This document shows, in pieces, positions 38,625 to 48,169 of a stretch of 53,401 nt of DNA. The position numbers and the translations under genes are program-made. The notes beneath the pieces are model-generated. The model had not been told where the DNA came from. It saw nothing but the letters and a program-made list of their open reading frames with translations, and did no database searches. The DNA comes from Candidatus Bipolaricaulota bacterium (lineage in GTDB: Bacteria; Bipolaricaulota; Bipolaricaulia; M55B111): assembly GCA_018334915.1 (NCBI GenBank), contig JAGXLB010000003.1, forward strand, positions 1 through 53,401, in the 5' to 3' direction. Positions within the stretch are counted from its first letter, which is position 1; every line of letters begins with the position of its first letter.

Positions 38625-38696
38625 TAGAGTAACCATCTTTGGGCCCAGTTTTGCAATGGAGCCAGGGATCGTCGGTCTTGGTTTCTAACTCATTTG

Positions 38697-39353
38697 TTAG
38701 ATTAATCCGGTAGGGGTAAATGTAGTTTTAATGATGTTTTTGTACATCTTGAGCCTGGATTTTATCCCTTCGGTGAAACCACGTTTCTCTTCCTTCATTA
38801 CGTGAGTTACCCCGGTCAGTTTAACTTTTCCGGTGGATAAGTTTTCCGATAGAGAGAGTTTCGTAAGTGCCATTTCGACGCCGAACTCCTCGGCTTTCGA
38901 CTTATCCAGTTTGTTCCAGGTATCGACGGAGAGAATTCTTTGACCAGATAGATGAGGGCTTATTTTTTGCGATAAGTCCGTATTTAATCTCCCTTTGTGG
39001 AATACTCCTATAACCATGTCCAGATCTTCCTGGTGATAGGTCCGAATCATCTCGTCGACGTGGTCTGATTTGAGCCCGACAAGGTCTGCATCGAGGAACA
39101 TAAGTGTACTATCGGGAGCGGACTCCACGCCCCGAGAAAGCGCCCTGGCTTTGCCCTTGTTATGGTCGAGCTTTATCAACTCGACGTCTGCCTGACTTTC
39201 CCGAACCTTTTTAGTTGTTTGATCTGTTGAACCGTCATCCACAACTATAATATGGTTGACAAGTTCGGCATTCTCTATAGCTTCGAGGACGGATTTAATC
39301 CTTCCCGCTTCGTTATAAGCGGGTACTATTACGGAGACTTTCACGCGCTTCAC
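38697..39353 (-). CDS. Family 2 glycosyltransferase
   Basis: VPAYNE, VDDGSTD, NKGK, FLDAD, LSGQR. Confidence 0.88.
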   Translation of the reverse strand: MKRVKVSVIVPAYNEAGRIKSVLEAIENAELVNHIIVVDDGSTDQTTKKVRESQADVELIKLDHNKGKARALSRGVESAPDSTLMFLDADLVGLKSDHVDEMIRTYHQEDLDMVIGVFHKGRLNTDLSQKISPHLSGQRILSVDTWNKLDKSKAEEFGVEMALTKLSLSENLSTGKVKLTGVTHVMKEEKRGFTEGIKSRLKMYKNIIKTTFTPTGLI

Positions 39354-39447
39354 CTTTTATTTATCTGAAAAACTAACCCTTTGTGAAAATTTGAGTTTAC
39401 CATTAGATAATCTCTGGAAAGCTGTACTGGCCACTAATCATTCTATT

Positions 39448-41175
39448 TTAACCCAGAGCCGATATCCTTTCTCCCAGTTTCTCGGCAATTTGTTTAACAT
39501 CTTTGTTTTCGAGGTTTAGCTCTTCTTTATCTCCCGACCTGGACTCTACTTCCAGAACTCCACTTTCTAACCCCCTTGGTCCTATTATTATTTTAATCGG
39601 AGCACCTATAAGATCCGCATCGTTGAATTTGAAACCTGGGCTGACCTCCCTGTCGTCAACCAGAACTTCGTAGTCAAGTTCCTTCAGTTCTTTATAAAGT
39701 GCTTCGCCGAGCCGAAAGGATTCTTCGCCCTCTGAGCCCAGTACGATAAGTGCGGCGGAAAAGGGACTTACCGCGCCGGTCCAGTTTATCCCTTTACTGT
39801 CGTATTTTTGCTGTATTACCGCCGGAATTAGGCGACTTATTCCTATTCCGTAACAACCCATGATGTAGGGGTTTAAATTGCCATCCCGATCCTGATATTC
39901 TCCGTCAAGACTGTCTGAGTACTTGGTTCCCAGCTGGAATATCTGGCCTACCTCGATGCATTTGTGGAAATCTAGTTCGCTTCCACACTCAGGACAGCGA
40001 TCTCCCTCGCGGACTTTTCTCAAGTTGATAAATTTCACGTCCTCGATATCTCTGTCCCAATTTACGTTAGTGAGATGGAATCCGTTTTTGTTAGCCCCTA
40101 CGGTAAAGTTGGTAAGCGATTTAAGATCGAGATCCGCGTAGACGGGAATATCGTCTTTTAACCCAATCGGTCCGATGGACCCAAAATTTGCTCCGGTTAT
40201 CGCTTTGATATCCGCCTGGGAAGAGACCATTTCTGCCTTTTTCGTCCCCAGGTGGTTGATTAGCTTCATTTCTTCAATATCGTCATCTCCACCAACCAGG
40301 GCAGCTACCAGCCCATCGTCAGTCCTGTAAATGAACGTTTTTACTACCTTCTGGCTAGGAATACCCAGGTGGTTCGCCACTTCTTCGACTGTTTCCATCC
40401 CCGGAGTCTCTACTTCCTTTAACTCAGCCGGGCTATTTTCGCTGTATTCCGATGAAACTTCGTATCTTGCTATTTCTATATTAGATGAATAATCACAGTC
40501 ATCGCAGACGACTATTTCTTCCCCGCCTTCGTCAGCCAGGGCCATGAATTCCTGAGAATAACTACCCCCCATTAAACCCGTTGGTGCCTCCACAGCGACC
40601 CAGTCAAGTCCCAGCCGATCGAAGACCCGGGCGTAGGCGTCGTACATACGTTCGTAGGTCTTGTCGAGACTTTCCTGAGTTGAGTGAAAGCTATAGGCGT
40701 CCTTCATGAGGAACTCCCGCGATCTCATGACGCCGTGTCGGGGTCTAATTTCGTCCCGGTATTTGTCGTTTATCTGGAACAGAACAAGTGGCAGATCTTT
40801 ATAGGAGTTTAATTCGTTACGAACCAAATCAGTTATGATTTCCTCGTGGGTGGGACCCAGTGCAAATTCCCGTTCCTTCCGGTCAGCTAGCTTAAACATT
40901 TCGGGCCCGAAGTCGTCCCACCGGCCGCTCTCTTTCCAGAGCTTGGCTGGCTGAATGATAGGTAACTTTATCTCCTGCGCTCCTGCATTGTTCATCTCTT
41001 CTCTGACTACCTCTTCAATCTTTTTAAGAACCTTAAACCCCAGCGGTAAATAATCGTAAACTCCCGCGGTCACTTTTCGAATTAGTCCTGCCTTTAACAT
41101 CAGCTTGTGGCTTTCCATTTCCGCGTCCGCCGGTGTTTCTTTCAGCGTTGGTAGGAAATAATTGCTAAGTTTCAT
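39448..41175 (-). CDS. proS: Proline--tRNA ligase (with editing insertion)
   Basis: GPTHEE, RDEIRPR, REFLMKDAYSF, EVGQIFQLG, MGCYGIG. Confidence 0.97.
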   Translation of the reverse strand: MKLSNYFLPTLKETPADAEMESHKLMLKAGLIRKVTAGVYDYLPLGFKVLKKIEEVVREEMNNAGAQEIKLPIIQPAKLWKESGRWDDFGPEMFKLADRKEREFALGPTHEEIITDLVRNELNSYKDLPLVLFQINDKYRDEIRPRHGVMRSREFLMKDAYSFHSTQESLDKTYERMYDAYARVFDRLGLDWVAVEAPTGLMGGSYSQEFMALADEGGEEIVVCDDCDYSSNIEIARYEVSSEYSENSPAELKEVETPGMETVEEVANHLGIPSQKVVKTFIYRTDDGLVAALVGGDDDIEEMKLINHLGTKKAEMVSSQADIKAITGANFGSIGPIGLKDDIPVYADLDLKSLTNFTVGANKNGFHLTNVNWDRDIEDVKFINLRKVREGDRCPECGSELDFHKCIEVGQIFQLGTKYSDSLDGEYQDRDGNLNPYIMGCYGIGISRLIPAVIQQKYDSKGINWTGAVSPFSAALIVLGSEGEESFRLGEALYKELKELDYEVLVDDREVSPGFKFNDADLIGAPIKIIIGPRGLESGVLEVESRSGDKEELNLENKDVKQIAEKLGERISALG

Positions 41176-41197
41176 TGATGGTGGATCTCCTTGTTTT

Positions 41198-41632
41198 TTA
41201 CAGTAATGCACCCAGAAGGTCTATTCTCTGGACTATGCCGGTGAGCATGCCGTCTTCATTAACCACGGGTACGCGATTTAGCTCGTTCCTGATTATTAGA
41301 TCCGCTACGTGAATGTCTTCTTCGTCTTCGTTTACGGTGATAACATCTTCCACCATGTACTCTGACACCGAATCTTCCTTTATCTCTTCCAGCCTGCGGG
41401 AAAGCTGATTGATATCGGGTAGGTACGAGGCGGTTCGCAGCATCTCGAAATAGTTAGGCAGGGCTGCTTGTATGACGTCTCGTTCTGATATGAAGCCAAC
41501 TACGGTTCCTTGCTTGTCGATTACTGGGACCCCGGATAGCTCGCTTTTTTCCAGCATGAATATAAGTGCTTTTAGGGTCTGATTTTCTTTTACCGCAGTT
41601 AGATCTTTGGTCATGATATCTTTGACTCTCAT
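41198..41632 (-). CDS. CBS-domain protein
   Basis: Tandem CBS motifs VKDIMT..SGVPV..GFISE and YMV..RVPVV..GIV.R.D. Confidence 0.88.
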   Translation of the reverse strand: MRVKDIMTKDLTAVKENQTLKALIFMLEKSELSGVPVIDKQGTVVGFISERDVIQAALPNYFEMLRTASYLPDINQLSRRLEEIKEDSVSEYMVEDVITVNEDEEDIHVADLIIRNELNRVPVVNEDGMLTGIVQRIDLLGALL

Positions 41633-42591
41633 TTCAGCGAGTCACCCAGTTCGTTTAAACTAATTTGGTCAAGCTGTGCCTGGACCAGCGATGCGTCCCG
41701 ACATATCTTTTCGTAAACCTCCAGGCTGGCCATTCCTGCTGCTAGACCGAATCTAACTGCTTCCGGTACGGACTTGCCCTCTTCTATCTGATAAATTATC
41801 CCACCAATCAGGCTATCACCGGCACCGACTCGATTTCTTATGGTTAATTCTTCTCTGTTGGCCTCGAGCTCCCATATGTTGTCCTTGCTAACGAGGATAT
41901 CTCCCGTCAAGCCGTGTGAAAGAAGCACGTATTCTGTACCAAAGTCCAGCATCTTCCGTCCCGCGTCAACAATAGATTGGCTGTTAGTTAACTCTTCCCC
42001 CATTACTGCTTTTCTTTCACGAATGTCCGGTTTTATCAGAAAAGGTCCGGCTTCTGCGGCAGGCCTTACATAATCTCCTCCGGTATTTACTACCGTTCTT
42101 ATTCCCATTTCTTTAGCCCGGTCCGCCAGCTCTCGATAGTAGTTTTTCGGAACCCCCGGAGGAAGACTTCCCGACAGAACTACGAAGGACGCGCGGTGCA
42201 GCATTGTTTCATACTGGTCCATAAACTGATCCAGGACTCGCTCAGATATTTCCGGTCCGGTGCTGTTTACCTCTATAGGGTTACCCTCCTGGCCTTTTTT
42301 GAGTATCGCTACGTTGCTTCTAGTTTCCTCGGATATCCAGGTGAAGTTAGTTACGATCCCTTCTTCTCTGAGCGAACGTTTAATCGCACGACCGGTATGA
42401 CCACCAATAAGCCCCATTGCAATATTTTCCATGCCTACGCTGGCCAGATAGATTGAAACGTTAATCCCCTTACCGCCTGCGCTCGAATGCGTGCGAAAGG
42501 CCCGGGAAAGTTGAGTTTCTCCTTTTTGCTCTATTTCCTTTACCCAGTAAATAAGGTCATACGCCGGGTTTAACGTGATGGTCAGAATCAT
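41629..42591 (-). CDS. 1-phosphofructokinase-family (PfkB) sugar kinase
   Basis: TLNPAYD, GGKGINVS, LSGSLPPG, GAGDS. Confidence 0.9.
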   Translation of the reverse strand: MILTITLNPAYDLIYWVKEIEQKGETQLSRAFRTHSSAGGKGINVSIYLASVGMENIAMGLIGGHTGRAIKRSLREEGIVTNFTWISEETRSNVAILKKGQEGNPIEVNSTGPEISERVLDQFMDQYETMLHRASFVVLSGSLPPGVPKNYYRELADRAKEMGIRTVVNTGGDYVRPAAEAGPFLIKPDIRERKAVMGEELTNSQSIVDAGRKMLDFGTEYVLLSHGLTGDILVSKDNIWELEANREELTIRNRVGAGDSLIGGIIYQIEEGKSVPEAVRFGLAAGMASLEVYEKICRDASLVQAQLDQISLNELGDSLK

Positions 42592-43900
42592 TTTTTACAC
42601 TCCCTTCGTCTGGATTTAATAGGTAGCCGGTGTTTTCTGATTCAAGCCTAACTTTCCTAAATTCACCGGCCATAGATTCGGTTCCTTCGAATTCGACGGT
42701 TTTACGAAATTCGTTCTTGCCGTACATCTTATTATCCTTTCTGGCCTCCCCTTCTACCAGGACCTCCACCGTTTTACCGATAAATTGTCTATCGTATTCG
42801 CGAGAAGTTTCCTCCTGTTTTTCGAGCACCGCTTCCAGGCGTCTCTTCTTCTCCTCCTCGGGCACGTGATCGTCCATTTGTGCGCTCCTGGTTTTTGGTC
42901 GAGGAGAGAACTGAGCCACGTAGATTGAACCATATTTAACCTGGTTAATTACGTCCAGGGTTTTCCGGAAATCCTCCTCGGTTTCTCCCGGGTGTCCGAC
43001 GATAATATCAGTTGTAATATTAATTAACGGATCCGTCCGGCGAGCTTTACCTACGATCTCCAGATACTCTTCTCTCGTGTAGTTCCGGTTCATAATCTGC
43101 AAAACCCTTGTTGAACCGGATTGAAGCGGGAGATGGATATGTCGAACTAAGTTTGGGTTATCGTTCATTACGACCAAAGTCTCTGCGTCCAGGTCGGCAG
43201 GATGAGGGGTTGTGAAGCTTATTCGGGGGATTCCAGTAGCTGCCACCCGTTCCAGCAACCAGGCAAAGTCTACATCTCCTTTTTCGATGTCCTTACCGAA
43301 GGCATTGACGTTTTGCCCGAGTAACTGGACTTCCCTGTAGCCATTTTCCGCGAGTTGTTCAACCTCTCGTATAATTTTGTCCGGGCCCCTGCTTCGGAGT
43401 GGGCCCCGAACCTGAGGAACTATGCAGTAAGAGCAGGCGTTAGAACAACCTTCTGCAATTGTTACCCAGGCAAAGTAATCTGACTGTCGTAACACGGGTA
43501 AATTCTCGAACCCGCTTGGTTTTGGTATAGATGCTACCGGTTCACCCTGTCTCGCTCGATTTGCCAGATCCGGAATTTCGCCAAGGTTTGACGTACCAAA
43601 TACGAAGTCAACGCCGCCCGATTGGGAAAAGAGATCTACCCCAAAATGCTGGGCCATACAACCGCCTACACCCAGTATGCTATCTTCCTTTCGTTGGTTT
43701 TTTACCTGACCGATCCTTCCGCGGACTTTTTCCTCGGATTTCCCCCTAACCGCACAGGTATTAAAAATTATCAGATCAGCTTCGGTTATTTTCTCAACGG
43801 GTTTATAGCCGTAGTTGCTGAGATGGCCTGTTATTTTTTCAGACCTGTGGTAATTGAGCTGACAGCCCCAGGTTTCGACATACAGGTTTTTCTCGTCCAT
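42557..43900 (-). CDS. miaB: tRNA methylthiotransferase MiaB
   Basis: TWGCQLN, NTCAVR, GCMAQ, CSNACSYC radical SAM motif, C-terminal TRAM-like region. Confidence 0.93.
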   Translation of the reverse strand: MDEKNLYVETWGCQLNYHRSEKITGHLSNYGYKPVEKITEADLIIFNTCAVRGKSEEKVRGRIGQVKNQRKEDSILGVGGCMAQHFGVDLFSQSGGVDFVFGTSNLGEIPDLANRARQGEPVASIPKPSGFENLPVLRQSDYFAWVTIAEGCSNACSYCIVPQVRGPLRSRGPDKIIREVEQLAENGYREVQLLGQNVNAFGKDIEKGDVDFAWLLERVAATGIPRISFTTPHPADLDAETLVVMNDNPNLVRHIHLPLQSGSTRVLQIMNRNYTREEYLEIVGKARRTDPLINITTDIIVGHPGETEEDFRKTLDVINQVKYGSIYVAQFSPRPKTRSAQMDDHVPEEEKKRRLEAVLEKQEETSREYDRQFIGKTVEVLVEGEARKDNKMYGKNEFRKTVEFEGTESMAGEFRKVRLESENTGYLLNPDEGSVKNDSDHHVKPGV

Positions 43901-44190
43901 ATCACTCGCCCCTAGAAAATTATAATGGGAATGCTGAAGACTGGCTGGCAATAAAGTTATAAGCAACATTATTTTAAATGATGGAGTTTAGTAAATCCAG
44001 TCATTAAAAGGGCGTCAGTATTAAGAGTGCTGGTCTTTTTGTGTATTTATTGACTTAAAACTGCTAATTTTTTCTGTAGGGACGGGGACGATCTAACCAT
44101 TCGTATTTCAGGTTAACCGGTTGGGAAGGTTGGTCCGAGCTTGGTCTTTGGCCATAATATCTTATCTCGGCTTAAAGAGTTTAATCCGGA

Positions 44191-44449
44191 GTCAAGAAAC
44201 CTACACCGAAGGACGGGGCTTGAAAAAACATATGAACAACAGTATTTTAAGGTTAACAATCGGGAATTGACCCAGCGCCCAATTGAGGAGACTAACTTGG
44301 CCAAATTAAACCAAAACCTTCTCATTGGCTTTGCCTAATAGGTTACGCGTACGATAACTTCACCAGGCTCCATATCTCAACTGGGTGCTGGAGGTAAACC
44401 AGCCGATTCCTCCCTGCAGCGAGCTGCAGGGCTTCCTCGGCAAGTTTTG
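44191..44449 (+). mobile_element. Non-coding IS200/IS605-ended element with internal long stem-loop (copy 2)
   Basis: Starts GTCAAGAAACCTACACCGAAGGACGGGGCTTG; stem 44272-44287/44376-44391; terminal hairpin GCCGATTCCTCCCTGCAGCGAGCTGCAGGGCTTCCTCGGC; ends GTTTTG|GTGAA. Confidence 0.7.
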
Positions 44450-45196
44450 GTGAAAAATTTGAGAAAATACTTCTTAATACCGGTATTAATTCTTCTTCTA
44501 TCAGCAAGTGTTTTTTTATGTTTTGGGGAACAAACTGAAAATATCGCCGATAATTATTCTTTTGAAAAGGCCCTTGATCTATCTAGGATATTGGATAGGC
44601 AGTTAGTATTTTCGTTCGTTTCGGCAAGTTGTCACCTCTGCCAGGAGTTTGAGGACGATATACTTTCCAATCCGGAAGTAAGGAAGCTCTTAAATAATCA
44701 CTTTGTGCTTTCGCTGGTAACCGTTGACGAAACTTTCAAAGTTGAACTTCCAGAACGTGGTGAAGTAACAAATATACAGCTGGCTTCGGGGTTGGGTGTG
44801 AAAGGTACACCTACGACATTTATCTTCTACCCTCCAGATCCCGGACTGTTAAAGGAAGAAAATGCAATAACGGGATTTAACAAACCTCCAGATACTGAAT
44901 ACATGATAGATTTACTTGAAAGAGTAGTTACCGAGACTTTCAGGGAGAAAGGAAATAAGGAAGGACCTACTTACTACAATTACAACCCAACGATAAAGGA
45001 GATAGGTAAAAAAGATTTTAATATATTAAAAGAAACGTCAATTGATATTCCAGTAATAAACAAGAAATTGTCGGCAACTTCTCTCCCTGAAGATCGGGAA
45101 TTAATACTGAATTTCTCCGGGGATTCTCTAAAAGATTATTCTCAGAATATCATATCTGAGACTGACATAGAGAAGGTCTATCTTGTTCAGGGGTAA
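44450..45196 (+). CDS. Exported thioredoxin-fold protein (SoxW-like)
   Basis: Signal/TM segment, CHLC motif, GVKGTPT; start is GTG 44450 or TTG 44459. Confidence 0.8.
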   Translation: MKNLRKYFLIPVLILLLSASVFLCFGEQTENIADNYSFEKALDLSRILDRQLVFSFVSASCHLCQEFEDDILSNPEVRKLLNNHFVLSLVTVDETFKVELPERGEVTNIQLASGLGVKGTPTTFIFYPPDPGLLKEENAITGFNKPPDTEYMIDLLERVVTETFREKGNKEGPTYYNYNPTIKEIGKKDFNILKETSIDIPVINKKLSATSLPEDRELILNFSGDSLKDYSQNIISETDIEKVYLVQG

Positions 45197-45360
45197 TTCC
45201 CCTGACTGAAATATCATTTAATGAATCCGGTAAAACCTGACTTATTCTGAAACCGAATATGGCAGTTGGGGCAATAAATTTAGCCAAATAATAACCTTTT
45301 GCACCCTTATTTCTGACACCTGTCCGTGTGGTACATCGTCAGTCGGTTAAGATAATAAAA

Positions 45361-45999
45361 ATGTTATCAAAGACAATTAAATCGGTATTGGTTTCCATAA
45401 TAATCCTTTTTCTGTTGACGCCTTCCGGTTCGGCACCGGGAAAAGCAAACCAGACTTCAACGGTTAAAATCACAATTGATGCGGGACATGGAGGGCACGA
45501 TCCAGGCTCAATTGTATCCGGGATAACAGAAAAGAGTATTAACCTGCAAATAGCTTTGAAGATTAAAGAGCTTGGAGAGAAACATCCTGGTCTGGATTTT
45601 GCTTTTACAAGAACTACTGACAGCTATATTCCTTTACTGGACCGGCTGGAGTACGCAGAAAGACACGGTAGTGCTGGTTACCTATCAGTTCAGGCAAATT
45701 CATTCTGGGATCCTGACGTTGACGGTGTAGAAACAATTCTCGATCGAACCCGCGCGCAGGGGGGAGCGAGCTGGGATATGGCAAACTTGATCCAGGAATC
45801 CATAGTTAGCAGCACCGGTGCGAGAGATAGAGGTCTTAGGTATCAGCGTCTTTATACTAGGCATACGAATATACCTTCAGCCGTATTAGAAGTAGGTTTT
45901 CTTACCTCCCCTTCCGAGCGGAGGAGGCTCACCAGTTTGAATTATCAGGAGTCAGTTGCCCGGGGGATTATTCAGGGACTTTTGATTTTTTTCTCATGA
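45361..45999 (+). CDS. N-acetylmuramoyl-L-alanine amidase (Amidase_3), exported
   Basis: IDAGHGGHDPG, EKSINL, TR..D, SVQAN, AVLEVGFLT. Confidence 0.88.
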   Translation: MLSKTIKSVLVSIIILFLLTPSGSAPGKANQTSTVKITIDAGHGGHDPGSIVSGITEKSINLQIALKIKELGEKHPGLDFAFTRTTDSYIPLLDRLEYAERHGSAGYLSVQANSFWDPDVDGVETILDRTRAQGGASWDMANLIQESIVSSTGARDRGLRYQRLYTRHTNIPSAVLEVGFLTSPSERRRLTSLNYQESVARGIIQGLLIFFS

Positions 46000-46064
46000 A
46001 GGTTTTGACTCTAGTTCTACCGAAAGAAGTGCAAAATTGACCTTTAATATTACCTGGAGCAAAT

Positions 46065-46787
46065 ATGGGAAATAATACGTTTACCTGGATAACAGCTTTT
46101 GCAATTTCAGCGGCGCTCGTTAACGGTCTGGGTATACTAACTATTTTTCGGTTCAAAGAGTGGGCTAAAAGAGCAAAAGCGTATTTCATTTGTTTTGCCG
46201 CCGGCATGTTGATATCCACACCATTGATGCTTGCCCTTCCCAATGCTCTTGAGAAATCCGGAAATGCAGGGTTCTTCGCTCTAGCGGGATTCCTTTTTAT
46301 GCTCTTTAGCAATAAATTTATTCGTCATAGAACAAAGGAGGAACCTCTTGCTTTTGGGATTACTGCAGTGGAGGGAATAGCTATTCACTCATTAGTGGAT
46401 GGCGTAATTTATGTTGTGACGTTTAAAGCGTCCGTCTTAATCGGGATTATGGCCGGTACGGGCCTTTTAGTCCACGAATTCGCCGAAGGTATTATTACTT
46501 ATACTGCACTCCTAAAGGGTAATATTAGAGAAAAGTCCGCTATGGTTTACGCATTTTTTGTAGCGGCACTTACCACGCCCATAGGTGCCTTTGTCGCTTA
46601 CCCTTTTATAGACAAATTCAGTGCCTCAAACGTCGGTTTGCTGCTCGGATTCGTTTCCGGAGTTCTGATTTACGTTTCAGCTTCTCATCTGCTTCCGGAA
46701 GCGCGTGATTCTGACAGAAAACATTCCATAGTAGCTTTTTTGCTAGGTGTTGTTATCGCCGGGTTTATCGTCCTTACAAAAATTTAG
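46065..46787 (+). CDS. ZIP-family metal transporter
   Basis: FAAG, IHSLVDG, VHEFAEG, LLPEA. Confidence 0.88.
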   Translation: MGNNTFTWITAFAISAALVNGLGILTIFRFKEWAKRAKAYFICFAAGMLISTPLMLALPNALEKSGNAGFFALAGFLFMLFSNKFIRHRTKEEPLAFGITAVEGIAIHSLVDGVIYVVTFKASVLIGIMAGTGLLVHEFAEGIITYTALLKGNIREKSAMVYAFFVAALTTPIGAFVAYPFIDKFSASNVGLLLGFVSGVLIYVSASHLLPEARDSDRKHSIVAFLLGVVIAGFIVLTKI

Positions 46788-46796
46788 GAGAATAAT

Positions 46797-48128
46797 TTAG
46801 GCGGGAAAGAATGGCAGGTCCGCTGGAGTAATTATCTGGATGGATATAACCGTTCCTGCTATCATAGTTGTTATTAGGGTAATTACTGTTCCGTATTTTA
46901 TCCAGTATTTCATGGAAATTGGCTCCTTATGATCCTCGCTAATGGTGACGATCATCTCATTGGCAGGAGACCCTATGTAGGTGGCATTGCCGCCGAAGCC
47001 CGTTCCAAAAGCCAGAGCCCACAATAGAATATTTGATTCTCCGGGTAAATTTGCAGAGAGAGTTCCAATGATCGGTAGCATAACAGCAGTAAGGGGAATA
47101 TTGTCTACCAACCCGGAACCCACTGCGGCTAGAAATAGTATGGTGAGTGCTGATAGCAAAAGGTTGCCCCGAGTTAAACGGAGAACTCCCTGGGCAATTT
47201 TCGTTAACAGGGCGGTGTTTGCGACTCCGTGAACGAGGACAAATAGGCCAGCGAAGAAGAGTAATGTTCGCCACTCTACCCGGTCCAATATCTTGCTCAT
47301 ATCCGGTCGAGCTAGTATTAATATTAGAGCAGCACCTGCTAGGGCCACGGTGGCGGGAGTAATAGAGAGGACGCTCTGAAGGATAAACATGATTACTATA
47401 AACCCCAGTGTGACGAGGCTTTTACTCAGCAAGGACCAGTCCGTTATTTCCTTTGAAGGTTTTCTTGCCATTATGTCTCTCAAGGCTTCTCGGTGGATCT
47501 TTTTGTTTTCCTGTTTGGTTTTCTCGGAAAATATGAATTTGAATACGATCACGGTGACTGTGGTGCATATTATGACCGTAGGCGCAAGGTTGTAGATATA
47601 ATCCAGGTAATTGAACCCTCCGGCGGTGGATATCATGATGTTTGGCGGGTCTCCTATAAGCGTACTGACGCCCCCGATACTGGAAAAGAGGCCCTGGCTG
47701 AGTAATATCGGTTTCGGATCGACCCCTAGGACGGAACTTATTGACATTGAGATAGGAGCAACTAGAAGTACTGTTGTAATATTGTCAATCGTTGTGGATA
47801 AGATAGCTGCGAGGAGTCCGAATAGCAGTATCATATAGAAATAATCGCCGCGGGATAGTTTTGCTGCCCAGATGGCCAGGGTCTCAAACAAACCGGTGTC
47901 CTTTAATATACCGACAAAGATCATCATTCCAAGCAAGACTCCGATTGTATTCCAGTCAATTGCCTCTGTTATTACTTCTCTTTCGTTATAAAACCCAAAA
48001 ATGAGCCCCGCCCCAACCATTAAAGCACCACCGGAGACGGCAGCGAGTGATCTTTCCAGTTTGTTTGTAAGAATAACTACATACGTCCCGACGAATATCG
48101 AGGCGGAGATAAGTAGTTCAGGGCTCAT
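46797..48128 (-). CDS. ArsB/NhaD (IT superfamily) ion permease
   Basis: IDWNT, DNITT, TLIGDPPNIMI, DNIP, GGNATYIGS.AN. Confidence 0.88.
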   Translation of the reverse strand: MSPELLISASIFVGTYVVILTNKLERSLAAVSGGALMVGAGLIFGFYNEREVITEAIDWNTIGVLLGMMIFVGILKDTGLFETLAIWAAKLSRGDYFYMILLFGLLAAILSTTIDNITTVLLVAPISMSISSVLGVDPKPILLSQGLFSSIGGVSTLIGDPPNIMISTAGGFNYLDYIYNLAPTVIICTTVTVIVFKFIFSEKTKQENKKIHREALRDIMARKPSKEITDWSLLSKSLVTLGFIVIMFILQSVLSITPATVALAGAALILILARPDMSKILDRVEWRTLLFFAGLFVLVHGVANTALLTKIAQGVLRLTRGNLLLSALTILFLAAVGSGLVDNIPLTAVMLPIIGTLSANLPGESNILLWALAFGTGFGGNATYIGSPANEMIVTISEDHKEPISMKYWIKYGTVITLITTMIAGTVISIQIITPADLPFFPA

Positions 48129-48169
48129 CTTAACCCGCCTCCGTTTACGGGTACAACCTTATTAATCTC

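Noticed and set aside
44113-44338. ORFs of 65-70 aa inside the 44-kb element
   Set aside because: No transposase, IscB or TnpB motifs, and no counterpart in copy 1.
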